A stretch of 64,000 nt of DNA from contig JAEYRU010000246.1 in the NCBI GenBank assembly GCA_023435335.1, positions 1,310-65,309 on the forward strand, read 5' to 3'. This document shows positions 1 through 10,198 of this stretch, one piece after another (position 1 is the first letter of the stretch; each line of letters opens with the position of its first letter). This DNA is from Pseudomonadota bacterium. Its GTDB lineage: Bacteria; Pseudomonadota; Alphaproteobacteria; Rhizobiales; Rhizobiaceae. The notes under the pieces are model-generated. The model did no database searches and was not told the DNA's origin. It worked only from the letters and a program-made list of their open reading frames with translations. The position numbers and the translations under genes were made by a program.

Positions 1-4
1 ACGG

Positions 5-1540
5 GTGTTGACTTTGGCGGGCGCCTTGGCGCTCTCGGTTGCATTCTTCCCGGGCCAGGCGTCGGCCCAGACCATGGGCGGCGACGTCATCGTCGTGCAG
101 GGGTCCAATCCGCCAAGTCTCGACGGCATGTCAACCTCGTCGCAGGCGTCGCGCAATATCACCATGAACATCTACGAGACGCTTTATGGGTTCAGCGAGG
201 GGATCACGCCGATCCCGATCCTTGCGGAAGACTGCATCATTTCCGAAGACGGACTGACCTACCGCTTTCCGCTGCGCAAGGGAGTGAAGTTCCACAACGA
301 CAAGGAGATGACCGCGAAGGACGTGAAGGCCTCGCTCGAGCGTTACCGCAAGGTCGGCGCCACGGGTAACCTCCTGGAACCGGTCGAAAGCATCGAAATC
401 ACGGGAGACTACGAAGTCACTTTCACGATGAAGAAGGCGACGCCCACCTTCCTCGAGGCGTTCTCGTCTCCGCGCGCGCCAGCCGTCATCATCCCCGAGG
501 AGGACGGCGAGACGGAAGCCGGCAAGAACAGCTTCGTCGGCACCGGACCCTACAAGTATGTGGAATACGTGCCCGACAGCCACGTGAAGCTGGAGCGTTT
601 CGACGACTACGCTGCCGACACGCGGGCGTCGGACATCGACGGCTTCGGAGGCAAGAAGGTCGCCTATTTCGACACCGTGACGTTCCGCGTGATCACCGAG
701 CCGGGCGCCCAGGTTGCCGCGCTCGAGGCAGGTGAGGTGCATGTCCTCGAGCAGATTACGGTGCCGGCCGCGCGCCGCCTCGCCGGCAATGCCGACATCA
801 AGACCTACGAGAACATGCCCTGGGCGTTCAGCACCTTCATCTTCAACATGAACGTGCCGCCGGCAGACAATGCGAAGTTCCGCGAGGCCGTGCAGGTTGC
901 GCTGAACATGGAAGAGGTGATGGGCATCTCCACGGAGGGGCTGTTCCAGCTCGACCACGGCTGGCAATACGCCGGGACGACCTACGACGCGGGCGACATC
1001 GGCAAGGAGTACTACAACATCGCGGACGCCGACCGCGCCAAGGCATTGCTCGCGGAAGCCGGATACAAAGGCGAGGAATTCTCCATCCTTACCGATGGAA
1101 ACATCCCCGGCCACGCCAAGACCGCCATCGTGATCGCCGAGCAGCTCAACGCGGTCGGCATCAACGCCGTCGTCAACCAGGTCGACTGGCCGACGGCGCT
1201 CAAGATCCGGCTGCAGCCGGAGGGCTGGAACGGATGGACCCTGCAGATGGGCATCGAGCCCTATCTGGGACCGGCTGCCGTGATCTCCACGCTCTCCGGC
1301 GAGAAGCCGCACTTCGTCAAGAACGACCCGGAACTCGATGCGCTGTATCAGGAACTGATATCCGGTGCGACCGTGGAGGAACGAAAGGCCACGTTCGCGA
1401 AAATCCAGACCCGTCTCTACGAGTTCTTCGGCATCATCAAACTGGGCAATACCGGGCTGATGCAGGCGACTCGCTCAGACGTGAAAGGGTTCAAGCCGTT
1501 CCGCTTCCCGCGCATGTACAATGTGTGGTTCGAGGGTTGA
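5..1540 (+). CDS. ABC transporter substrate-binding protein, family 5 (Dpp/Opp/Nik-like); N-terminus may extend beyond the window edge
   Basis: Signal-peptide-like start ending ASA-Q; IYETLYG, LAE..S.DGLTYRF.LRKGVKFH and GTGPYK motifs; followed by two Dpp-type permeases. Confidence 0.92.
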   Translation: MLTLAGALALSVAFFPGQASAQTMGGDVIVVQGSNPPSLDGMSTSSQASRNITMNIYETLYGFSEGITPIPILAEDCIISEDGLTYRFPLRKGVKFHNDKEMTAKDVKASLERYRKVGATGNLLEPVESIEITGDYEVTFTMKKATPTFLEAFSSPRAPAVIIPEEDGETEAGKNSFVGTGPYKYVEYVPDSHVKLERFDDYAADTRASDIDGFGGKKVAYFDTVTFRVITEPGAQVAALEAGEVHVLEQITVPAARRLAGNADIKTYENMPWAFSTFIFNMNVPPADNAKFREAVQVALNMEEVMGISTEGLFQLDHGWQYAGTTYDAGDIGKEYYNIADADRAKALLAEAGYKGEEFSILTDGNIPGHAKTAIVIAEQLNAVGINAVVNQVDWPTALKIRLQPEGWNGWTLQMGIEPYLGPAAVISTLSGEKPHFVKNDPELDALYQELISGATVEERKATFAKIQTRLYEFFGIIKLGNTGLMQATRSDVKGFKPFRFPRMYNVWFEG

Positions 1541-1560
1541 AAACCGCCTAGACTGAATAG

Positions 1561-1590
1561 GCCGGCGGGGGCTTCTCGCTTCTCGCCGGC
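1561..1590 (+). terminator. Intercistronic GC-rich hairpin after the SBP gene (mRNA stabiliser or partial terminator)
   Basis: GCCGGCG (1561-1567) pairs with CGCCGGC (1584-1590), extendable by G-U pairs; no U-tract. Confidence 0.5.
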
Positions 1591-1619
1591 CCGCATGCCG
1601 CCACAGCAGGGGAAACCCA

Positions 1620-2567
1620 TTGTTCCGGTTCCTAGTCGGTCGCCTCCTGAGTGCGATACCCGTCCTCTTCGTCGTGTCGCTGGTGACATTCCTGATCATC
1701 TGGATCGTGCCGGGCGACGTGACTGCGGAGATCGCGGGCGGGGACGCCACCCCGGCGGAACTGGAAACCATACGCCGGAACCTCGGTCTCGACCGGCCGC
1801 TAATCGAGCGCGCACTGGCATGGTACGGCCAGCTTTTGCAGGGCGATCTCGGATATTCCTATCTGCTTAACCGGTCGGTCGCCGACGCCGTGTTCGAACG
1901 GCTTCCGGTGACGCTGTCGCTGGCCGGTCTGGCTCTCGTGATCGCGACCGTGATCGGCATCTTGCTCGGCATATTGGCTGCGGTGAGGCAGAATACCTGG
2001 TTGGATCAGGGCGCCATGGTGGTCGCGCTGGTGGGCCTGTCGGTGCCGGACTTCTGGTTCGGCATCGTGATGATCATCCTGTTCGGTGTTTACCTCGGCT
2101 GGTTTCCGACCGGCGGCTATGTGCCGATCACGCAGGACTTCTTCGGTTGGGTGCAATGCATGACCCTACCGGCGCTCACGCTGGCCTTCACGCAGATGGG
2201 CGTCATTGCCCGCATGACCCGGTCGAGCATGCTCGACGTTCTCAACCAGGATTTCGTGCGCACAGCGCGTGCAAAGGGAATGCGCCGGCGAACGGTCATC
2301 TTCAAGCACGCGCTGCTCAACGCCATGGTGCCGATCGTCACCGTTGTGGGCGTCATCACGGGCGTGCTGCTCAGCGGGGCGGTGGTGATCGAATCCGTCT
2401 TCTCGCTGCCGGGGGTCGGGCGGCTGATCATAGGCTCGATCCAGCGCCGCGACTTCCCGATCATCCAGGGCGGATTGCTGGTCACGGCGGTCGTCTTCGT
2501 TTTCGTGAACATCATCGTCGACGTGCTCTACGTCTGGTTCGATCCGAGGGTGCGCGATGACCGCTGA
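1620..2567 (+). CDS. ABC transporter permease, DppB/OppB-like
   Basis: GDLGYS, ERLPVTL, TARAKG (EAA loop) and RDFPIIQG motifs; TTG start. Confidence 0.93.
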   Translation: MFRFLVGRLLSAIPVLFVVSLVTFLIIWIVPGDVTAEIAGGDATPAELETIRRNLGLDRPLIERALAWYGQLLQGDLGYSYLLNRSVADAVFERLPVTLSLAGLALVIATVIGILLGILAAVRQNTWLDQGAMVVALVGLSVPDFWFGIVMIILFGVYLGWFPTGGYVPITQDFFGWVQCMTLPALTLAFTQMGVIARMTRSSMLDVLNQDFVRTARAKGMRRRTVIFKHALLNAMVPIVTVVGVITGVLLSGAVVIESVFSLPGVGRLIIGSIQRRDFPIIQGGLLVTAVVFVFVNIIVDVLYVWFDPRVRDDR

Positions 2568-3471
2568 GTCCGAAGCGACCCACGACATCATCTCGCTCGG
2601 GGCTGAGATGTCTGCCGCGCGACGCAGGCGCTGGCGGCTGCTTGCCGGCCGGCTGCTGGGACACCGATCGTTTCTGCTCGGGCTGGTGGTTCTAAGCATC
2701 TTCGCATTCGTCGCGATCTTCGCGGACTTCCTTGCCCCCTACTCGCCCGAAAAGAGCGATTACCGGTCGATCCTCATGCCCCCCTCGGCGGCGCACTGGT
2801 TCGGCACCGACGCCTTCGGCCGCGATATCGCGAGCCGCATCATCTACGGCACCCGCGTATCGCTGCGCATTGGCCTGATCGTCGTGCTGACCACCGGAAT
2901 CCTTGGAACGATCCTCGGCACGCTGGCTAGCTATGTGCGCTGGCTCGATGGTCTGATCATGCGCGGTCTCGACGGGCTCATGGCTTTTCCCGGCGTGCTG
3001 CTGGCGATCGCGCTTGCGGCCGCGCTGGGCCCGTCGGAGGTCAACGCGATCATAGCGCTGACGGTGACCTTCACGCCCCGTACCGCCCGCATCGTGCGTG
3101 CCAGCGTGATCGTGGTCCAGGGCATGCAGTTCATCGAAGCGGCGCACGCGGTCGGCGCCAGCCATGCCCGCATCATACTCCGCTACATACTGGCCAACGC
3201 GCTGTCGCCGCTGATCGTACAACTCACATTCGTATTCGCAGTGTCGATCGTGGCGGAGGCGATCCTGAGCTTCCTCGGGGTTGGCCCGCCACCCCCGGCA
3301 CCATCCCTCGGCAATATCATCGCCGACGGTCGCAGCTACGTACAGGAAGCCTGGTGGATCGCCGTGTTTCCCGGCATCGCAATCGCCGTCGCCGTACTCA
3401 GCCTCAATCTGATGGGTGACGGTCTGCGCGACATCATTGATCCAAGGCAGCGCAACATGCGCGACGCATGA
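2557..3471 (+). CDS. ABC transporter permease, DppC/OppC-like
   Basis: HWFGTDAFGRD, FIEAAHAVGA, LSFLGVG and NLMGDGLRD motifs; overlaps the preceding gene. Confidence 0.93.
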   Translation: MTAESEATHDIISLGAEMSAARRRRWRLLAGRLLGHRSFLLGLVVLSIFAFVAIFADFLAPYSPEKSDYRSILMPPSAAHWFGTDAFGRDIASRIIYGTRVSLRIGLIVVLTTGILGTILGTLASYVRWLDGLIMRGLDGLMAFPGVLLAIALAAALGPSEVNAIIALTVTFTPRTARIVRASVIVVQGMQFIEAAHAVGASHARIILRYILANALSPLIVQLTFVFAVSIVAEAILSFLGVGPPPPAPSLGNIIADGRSYVQEAWWIAVFPGIAIAVAVLSLNLMGDGLRDIIDPRQRNMRDA

Positions 3472-3661
3472 TCGGAGTGGCGACATGCCGAAGTCCGGCG
3501 GCCGCGGGTTTCTTTGTGCAATTACATTAACACACATGATAGTGAGTATTGACTTGTGGCGGGCATCGGACCATTGATGCCATGCCGTCTGGGAGGCGGT
3601 GGCGAGGGAGGATCCCGATGTATTGTTCGGCTTGGCTCTGGTCTGCTGAGACCGGAGAAAG

Positions 3662-5266
3662 ATGCTGACAAATCCCTTATCGGAGCACGCCAGCGCGAGC
3701 GCGGGAGAAGAATCCGCGGTCGCACGTTTTCCTGCCGGTGACGCTCGGGGTGTGCGGCAGGACGGGCTCTGCGTCTTCAGGGGGATACCCTACGCGATGC
3801 CGCCCACCGGGGAGCGCCGCTGGCGGCCGCCGGTGTCGCTGCCGCGCTGGGACGGCGTGCGCGACGCGGTCAGTTCGGGGCCGGCCTGCACGCAGCCGGC
3901 GCGGCGACCCGGAAGCATTTATGCAAACCCATTGCCGGCCACCGGCGAGGACTGCCTCAGCCTCGACATCTGGGCGCCTGAAGGCGGCCGGGATCTTCCC
4001 GTCCTCGTGTGGATTCACGGAGGATCCTTTATCTGGGGGGCGGGAAGCGAGGCGCTCTACCACGGAGTCTCGCTGGCGCGCCGCGGCGTCGTCATCGTCT
4101 CCATCAACTACCGGCTCGGCGTTTTCGGCTATCTCGCCCATCCCGAGTTGAGCTCGGAATCGCCGGACGGGGTGTCGGGCAACTACGGGCTGCTCGACCA
4201 GATCGCGGCCCTGGAATGGGTCAGGCGCAATATCTCGGCTGTCGGGGGCGATCCCGAGAACGTGACGATCGCCGGCGAGTCGGCAGGTGCGCTGAGCGTG
4301 CTTTGCCTGATGGTGACGCCGGCAGCGCGGGGGCTGTTCGTAAAGGCCGTTGCGCAAAGCGCCTACATGATCTCGACACCTGCGCTGAAGGAAGAACGCC
4401 ACGGCCTGGAACCCGCCGAGGCGGCTGGATCTCGCCTTGCGGCTCAGCTGGGTGCCAATTCGCTCTCCGGTCTGCGCGCGATGGAGGGGCAGGCGCTTGC
4501 CGACAGAGCCTTGCAGGCCGGGTTCGCGCCGGGTGGAACGATCGACGGCCGTGTCCTGCCGGATCAACTCGTCGACATCTTCGAGCGCGGCAAACAGGCC
4601 AAGGTGCCTTTGATCGCCGGTTTCAACAGCGGCGAAGTTCGCTCGCTGCCGTTCCTGCTCCCGCCGCTGCCCGAGACCGCAGCGGCGTACGAGACGGAGA
4701 TACGCATCCGGTATCGGGACCTGGCGGATCGGTACCTGTCGCTCTATCCGTCCCGCGACATCAAGGAAAGCGCACTGGCCTCCATCCGGGATGCGCTCTA
4801 CGGATGGACCGTGCTGAAGCTGGCCGAGGCGCACAAGGCCGTCGGCGCGCCCTGCTTCTTATACTATTTCGACCACAGTTATCCCTCGGCGCGCTCTGCC
4901 AGCCTGGACGCGTTCCACGCCTGCGAACTGCCATACGTTTTCGGGACCGCCGACCGGACGCCCCCGCTCTGGCCCCGGATACCGGACACCGCGAGCGAGG
5001 CTGCCCTTGTGCGCGCGCTCGGCGACTACTGGGTATCGTTTGCACGGGCCGGGATTCCGCAGGCGCAGAACGCCCCCGATTGGCCGGCTCATTCGAGCGC
5101 GGGCCAGTTCATGCATCTCGCGGATGCGCCGCGCGTGGCGAGCGCTCTGCTGCCGGGCATGTTCGAACTGAATGACGAGGTGGTGCGCCGGCGGCGCGCC
5201 GTGGGCACCGTGCCCTGGAACTGGAATGTGGGAGTGGCGGCGCCGCTCCCGAATGCAGAGGCATAG
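3662..5266 (+). CDS. Carboxylesterase type B (para-nitrobenzyl-esterase-like)
   Basis: FRGIPYA, EDCLSLDIW, WIHGGSF oxyanion motif, GESAG nucleophile elbow, catalytic Glu (NSGE) and His (AFHACEL); RBS GGAG; no obvious signal peptide. Confidence 0.93.
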   Translation: MLTNPLSEHASASAGEESAVARFPAGDARGVRQDGLCVFRGIPYAMPPTGERRWRPPVSLPRWDGVRDAVSSGPACTQPARRPGSIYANPLPATGEDCLSLDIWAPEGGRDLPVLVWIHGGSFIWGAGSEALYHGVSLARRGVVIVSINYRLGVFGYLAHPELSSESPDGVSGNYGLLDQIAALEWVRRNISAVGGDPENVTIAGESAGALSVLCLMVTPAARGLFVKAVAQSAYMISTPALKEERHGLEPAEAAGSRLAAQLGANSLSGLRAMEGQALADRALQAGFAPGGTIDGRVLPDQLVDIFERGKQAKVPLIAGFNSGEVRSLPFLLPPLPETAAAYETEIRIRYRDLADRYLSLYPSRDIKESALASIRDALYGWTVLKLAEAHKAVGAPCFLYYFDHSYPSARSASLDAFHACELPYVFGTADRTPPLWPRIPDTASEAALVRALGDYWVSFARAGIPQAQNAPDWPAHSSAGQFMHLADAPRVASALLPGMFELNDEVVRRRRAVGTVPWNWNVGVAAPLPNAEA

Positions 5267-5272
5267 CAGACG

Positions 5273-6847
5273 ATGATTGACGGTGCGATGCAGCCCTACG
5301 CGCTGACGCTCGACAAGTTTCTCAACCATGCGGCCAAGTGGCATCCCGATGCCGAGGTTGTGACCGCCGGAGCCGACGGGGCGAATACCCGTATCGGGTA
5401 CGCCGCGCTCAGGGAGCGGGCGTTGCGGGTCTCCAGCACCCTGGCAGGGCTCGGCGTCCGGACCGGTCAGCGCGTCGCCACGCTTGCATGGAACAGTCAG
5501 GCTCATGTCGAGGCGTGGTTCGCCATCATGGGCATGGGCGCCGTGTGCCACACGCTCAATCCGCGCCTGACTTCGGCCCAATCCGCGGCGATGCTCCGGC
5601 AGTCGGGCGCGCAGATCATGATCGTTAGCGAGGACCTGCTGCCGCTGGCGCGCGAGATCGCCGCCGCGGGGCCGGTCCGGCATATCCTGACCGTGGACGG
5701 CGATGCCGAAGGTGGCGACGAAACGGTCCGGCCGCTCGAAGCTCTGCTCGCCGATGCGGGCGCCGAGGCCATGTGGGGCGACTTTGACGAGAATTCAGCC
5801 TCGGGACTGTGTTTCACGTCCGGCACCACCGGGGAGCCAAAAGGCGTCACCTACACCCACCGGTCGGGCTATCTGCACACGCTGCGGCTGCTGCAGGCGG
5901 ACGTCATGGGCATGACGGCCGAAGACACGGTGATGCCCGTGGTGCCGATGTTCCATGCCAACGCCTGGGGCATGCCGTTCGCGGCCCCGGCGGTCGGCGC
6001 GAAGCTCGTCCTGCCCGGGCGCCATTCCGATGGCGCCAGTCTCGCCCGCCTGATCGCCGCCGAAGGCGTGACGATCGCGTCGGCCGTTCCCACCGTGTGG
6101 CTCGGGCTCGTCGAGCACCTTGAGGCGCATGGCGGCGAGGTGCCGTCGCTGAAACGCATCGTTGTCGGCGGCTCGTCGATGCCGCCTGCCTTGATGGAGC
6201 GGATCGAGCGTCGCCTCGGCGTCACCGTACAGACCAGCTGGGGCATGACCGAACTGTCACCGCTCGGAACCATCGCCCCTCCCAACCTCGCCCATCGCGA
6301 CGCCGCCCTGGCAGGCCGGCCCGCCGTCGGCATTGACCTGCTCATCACCGATGCGGAGGGACGGGCCTTGCCCGACCAGCGCGACACTGAAGGACACCTG
6401 AAAGTGCGCGGCGCGGCCGTGGTAGAGCGTTACCTGGGGCAGGACGCCCCCGCGACCGACGCCGACGGCTGGTTCGATACAGGCGACCTGGCGCGCATCG
6501 ACCGGGAGGGCAACCTCATCATCACGGGCAGGTCCAAGGACCTTATCAAGTCCGGCGGCGAGTGGATCAACCCGGCGCAGATCGAGGCCATCGTCGGCGC
6601 GCTTCCGCAGGTTTCGCTGGCGGCAGTGGTGGGACGCGCGGACGCGAAGTGGGGCGAGAGACCCATACTGCTGGTGGAAATGCGCAAGGACGAGGATCTG
6701 ACGGACCAGGAGCTGCTGGAGTCGCTGCAAGGAAGAGTGGCGTCGTGGTGGATCCCCGACCAGGTGGTGCGGCTGCCGAAGATGCCGACCGCTGCCACCG
6801 GCAAGGTGGACAAGCTGCGCCTCAGGACGCAATACGGTCAGGCGTAG
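5273..6847 (+). CDS. Acyl-CoA synthetase / AMP-binding enzyme (medium/long-chain, DmdB/AlkK-like subgroup)
   Basis: FTSGTTGEPKG, PMFHANAWG, WGMTE, FDTGD, IKSGGEWI and TGKVDK motifs. Confidence 0.92.
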   Translation: MIDGAMQPYALTLDKFLNHAAKWHPDAEVVTAGADGANTRIGYAALRERALRVSSTLAGLGVRTGQRVATLAWNSQAHVEAWFAIMGMGAVCHTLNPRLTSAQSAAMLRQSGAQIMIVSEDLLPLAREIAAAGPVRHILTVDGDAEGGDETVRPLEALLADAGAEAMWGDFDENSASGLCFTSGTTGEPKGVTYTHRSGYLHTLRLLQADVMGMTAEDTVMPVVPMFHANAWGMPFAAPAVGAKLVLPGRHSDGASLARLIAAEGVTIASAVPTVWLGLVEHLEAHGGEVPSLKRIVVGGSSMPPALMERIERRLGVTVQTSWGMTELSPLGTIAPPNLAHRDAALAGRPAVGIDLLITDAEGRALPDQRDTEGHLKVRGAAVVERYLGQDAPATDADGWFDTGDLARIDREGNLIITGRSKDLIKSGGEWINPAQIEAIVGALPQVSLAAVVGRADAKWGERPILLVEMRKDEDLTDQELLESLQGRVASWWIPDQVVRLPKMPTAATGKVDKLRLRTQYGQA

Positions 6848-6995
6848 CCCCGCCGGGCACGGCCGGCGTCGCGCGGCGGAATGCCGTCGTGACAACGGGC
6901 GCCGGTGGCGGTATTGGCGCGTGGCCGTTCGCTCCGAACGTCCCAGCCAGCCGGGCGGCGAGCCGCCGCGGCCGCGATCCAGGAGGGTGCAGACC

Positions 6996-7682
6996 TTGAC
7001 CGCACTGAAGACGACCCGGCGCAAGGGATCCACCAAGGCCGAACGACGCGCGGAGATGACCGAGCAGATCCTCGACGCCGCCGAGTTTCTGTTCTCGCGA
7101 CACGGACTTTACGGGGTCACGCTCAAGGACGTCGCAAAGCATGTCGGCGTCCACCATACGCTGATCAACTACTACTTTGACGACAAGAAGGCCCTGTTCG
7201 ACGCGGTGTTCGCACGGCGCGCGGTCGTCACCAGCGAGCGACGGATGCGGATGCTCGACGACTACGACAAGGCGTCCGGGGGCAAGCCCACGGTGGAAGG
7301 GGCGCTACGTGCGTTTCTGGATACCGACCTCGACCTATATATCGAGGGCGGGGAAGGCTGGAGAAACTATGCCGCGCTGGCATCGCAGGTTGCGAACACG
7401 CCCGAATGGGGCGCGGAGATGATGGACCAGCACTTCGATCCGGTGGTCCTGAGGCTGATCGGGATACTGAAGAAGGCGCTGCCCGACTGTGCCGACGAGG
7501 ACATTTTTTGGGGGTATCACTTCGTCACCGGTGCGCTGATGCTGACGCTGGCGCGAACCGGCCGCATCGATAAGCTCTCTGGCGGCATTTGCCGTTCCGA
7601 CGATTTCATCGCGGTGAAGGAAAGAATGGCGTCCTTCATGTCCGCCGGCTTGCTCGAGATTTGCCGAAAAAAACAGGCCTGA
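6996..7682 (+). CDS. TetR/AcrR family transcriptional regulator
   Basis: ILDAAEFLFSRHGLYGVTLKDVAKHVGVHHTLINYYFDDK HTH; TTG start chosen because AGGAGG lies at 6981-6986 (ORF track starts at 6921). Confidence 0.9.
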   Translation: MTALKTTRRKGSTKAERRAEMTEQILDAAEFLFSRHGLYGVTLKDVAKHVGVHHTLINYYFDDKKALFDAVFARRAVVTSERRMRMLDDYDKASGGKPTVEGALRAFLDTDLDLYIEGGEGWRNYAALASQVANTPEWGAEMMDQHFDPVVLRLIGILKKALPDCADEDIFWGYHFVTGALMLTLARTGRIDKLSGGICRSDDFIAVKERMASFMSAGLLEICRKKQA

Positions 7683-7818
7683 CCGCGTTCCCGGCGCCGG
7701 CCACCTACCAACTCCCCTGCCTGGAAAATCCCGTGCCGGGGATAAAGAAACGCTTGCGTGAAACTGATTAATTATCTAGTGAGTGAATAGAATGCAAAAC
7801 CTAGCCGTAGAGGCGGAA

Positions 7819-8712
7819 ATGCTGCTTGGGGGCCGTGTCGCGATCGTTACCGGAGGAGGCGCCGGCCTGGGCCGCACCCATAGCCTCCTGCTTGGGCGAC
7901 TGGGCGCGAGGGTTCTCGTCAACGATGTCAATCTCGACGCCGCGAACGCCGTGGCGGACGAGATTCGGGTAGCCGGTGGTGAGGCGATCGGCTTTACCGC
8001 TTCGGTCACGGACGAGGCGAAGATCGCCGAGATGGCGGCCCGCGCCATGGAGGCCTGGGGCCGCATCGACATCCTCGTCAACAACGCCGGCATCCTGCGC
8101 GACCGAAGCTTCGCAAAGATGACGCTGGCGGAGTTCCGCGAGGTCATCGACGTCCACCTGATGGGATCGGTGATCTGCAGCAAGGCTGTCTGGGATATCA
8201 TGCGCGAGCAGCGCTACGGCCGCATTGTCATGACCACATCGTCGTCGGGGCTGTTCGGCAATTTCGGCCAGGCGAACTACGGAGCCGCGAAGATGGCGCT
8301 CGTCGGCCTGATGCAGACACTGTCGCTGGAAGGCGAGAAATACGGCATCAAGGTCAATTGCCTCGCTCCGACCGCTGCGACGGCCATGACGGGTGAATTG
8401 CTTTCGCAGGACGCGGTCGAGCAGCTTTCGCCGGAGCTGGTGAGTTCGGGGCTGCCGGCGCTGGTCGGCGAGAACGCTCCGACGCGGGCGATCCTGTGCG
8501 CCGGGGCGGGCCATTTCGCCCGCTCCAACATCACCCTGACCCAGGGTTTCTACGCCGGTGGCGGTGACGGCGCAGCCGCTCGCGTGGCGGCCAACTGGGC
8601 CCGCATCAGCGACCGGACCGGCGAGCTCGTGCCGGACTACGGCTTCATGCAGATGGAGCGCGAACTCGCCAGCGTGGCGGTGGAGGCGCACCAGCGAACA
8701 GGCAGCAGCTGA
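7819..8712 (+). CDS. SDR oxidoreductase, peroxisomal MFE-2-like 3-hydroxyacyl-CoA dehydrogenase subgroup
   Basis: TGGGAGLG, NNAGILRD, SGLFGNFGQANYGAAK (YxxxK); start may be 7792 or 7819. Confidence 0.88.
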   Translation: MLLGGRVAIVTGGGAGLGRTHSLLLGRLGARVLVNDVNLDAANAVADEIRVAGGEAIGFTASVTDEAKIAEMAARAMEAWGRIDILVNNAGILRDRSFAKMTLAEFREVIDVHLMGSVICSKAVWDIMREQRYGRIVMTTSSSGLFGNFGQANYGAAKMALVGLMQTLSLEGEKYGIKVNCLAPTAATAMTGELLSQDAVEQLSPELVSSGLPALVGENAPTRAILCAGAGHFARSNITLTQGFYAGGGDGAAARVAANWARISDRTGELVPDYGFMQMERELASVAVEAHQRTGSS

Positions 8713-8869
8713 CGAATACCGAGACGGCGGCATCGGAGGAGCCGCCGTTCGGGTGCCTGCGCGTCGACTGATGCAAGGGCGAATGAGGGAGGAGCCGGAC
8801 CGCGGATGTGCGGGCCGGGGCAGTCGAGCGGCCGGATGATCCGGCCGTGAAAAACGGGAGGAGATACCA

Positions 8870-10117
8870 GTGAAGAGACTGATCGGATCGACAGCGCTCG
8901 TGCTGTCCATGCTTGGCGCCACCGCAATGTCCGCGATGGCCCAGGAGACCCTCAAGATCGGCTACATCGACCCCTTGTCTGGCGGTGGCGCGAGCATCGG
9001 CCAGATCGGCATGAACCAGCTCAATTTCATCGCAGATGAGGTGAATGCCAAGGGGGGCGTCAACGGCAAGAAGGTGCAGATAGTAGGATACGACAACCAG
9101 ACCAATCCGCAGATCAGCCTCGTCCAGGTGCAGAAGGCGATCGACGAGGGGATCCAGGTCATCGTGCAGGGCAACGGTTCGTCCGTCGCTGTCGCTGTTT
9201 CCGATTTCATCACGAAGTACAACGACCGCAATCCAGGGGCGAACATCGTCCACCTGAACTATGCCGCCATCGATCCGGTCCTGACCAACGAGAAGTGCAG
9301 CTACTGGCACTTCACCTGGGACGCCAGCGCGGACATCAAGATGGAAGCGCTGACGAACTTCATAAAGGAAAAGGAAGACGTCAAGAAGGTCTACCTGATC
9401 TCGCAGGACTACTCCTTCGGCCACGCGGTCGCAGGCGCGGCCAAGCGCATGATGCAGGCCAAGAGGCCGGACGTCGAGATCGTCGGGGATGAGTTCCACC
9501 CGCTGGTCAAGATCACCGACTTTGCGCCCTATGTTGCGAAGATACAGGCTTCTGGTGCCGATACCGTCATTACCGGCAACTGGGGCCAGGACCTCGCACT
9601 GCTGATCAAGGCGGCAGGCCAGGCCGGCCTCGACGTAGACTGGTACACTTTCTACGCCGGCGGGGCCGGCGCACCCACAGCCATCAAGCAGGCGAACCTC
9701 GAGAACCGGGTCTTCCAGATCAACGAGGGCATCAACAACCAGGGCTACGGGCCGGCCGAGGAGCGAGCAGGGGCGCTGATGAAGCGCTTCTCCGATGCAC
9801 CGGTCTACTATCCGCGCATGTTCAACATGATGGACATGGTCTTCAAGGCCATGGAAGAGGCGAAATCCGAGGATCCGGGCGACTTCGTGCCCAAGCTCGA
9901 GAACATGGAGCACCAGAGCTTCGCCGCCGGCGATGAGGGCTTCATGCGCGCGGACGATCACCAGTTCTTCCAGCCGCTCTACATCTCGACGCTGGGCACT
10001 CTGGAACCCGGCCAGAAGTTCGACGAGGAGCACACCGGCTGGGGCTGGAAGATGGCCGCCTCGGTGCCGACGGAGTCAACGCTGCTGCCCACGAGCTGCG
10101 AGATGAAACGCCCCTGA
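8870..10117 (+). CDS. Branched-chain-amino-acid-type (HAAT/Liv) ABC substrate-binding protein, probably for an organic acid
   Basis: Signal peptide AMA-QE; KIGYIDPLSG, DYSFG, DFAPYVAKI and MRADDHQ motifs; RBS GGAGGAG; followed by LivHMGF-like genes. Confidence 0.9.
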   Translation: MKRLIGSTALVLSMLGATAMSAMAQETLKIGYIDPLSGGGASIGQIGMNQLNFIADEVNAKGGVNGKKVQIVGYDNQTNPQISLVQVQKAIDEGIQVIVQGNGSSVAVAVSDFITKYNDRNPGANIVHLNYAAIDPVLTNEKCSYWHFTWDASADIKMEALTNFIKEKEDVKKVYLISQDYSFGHAVAGAAKRMMQAKRPDVEIVGDEFHPLVKITDFAPYVAKIQASGADTVITGNWGQDLALLIKAAGQAGLDVDWYTFYAGGAGAPTAIKQANLENRVFQINEGINNQGYGPAEERAGALMKRFSDAPVYYPRMFNMMDMVFKAMEEAKSEDPGDFVPKLENMEHQSFAAGDEGFMRADDHQFFQPLYISTLGTLEPGQKFDEEHTGWGWKMAASVPTESTLLPTSCEMKRP

Positions 10118-10198
10118 CGGCCCCTGCGTGGCGGCGCGCCCGCGCCGCCGCGTCCTTGGACGTTCGGGACGTTAAAAGGCTGCGCAGCGGAGGGAGCC

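Noticed and set aside
5..3471. Dpp-type ABC system lacking ATPases as an anomaly
   Set aside because: The operon is cut by the window edge; the ATPase genes may lie upstream
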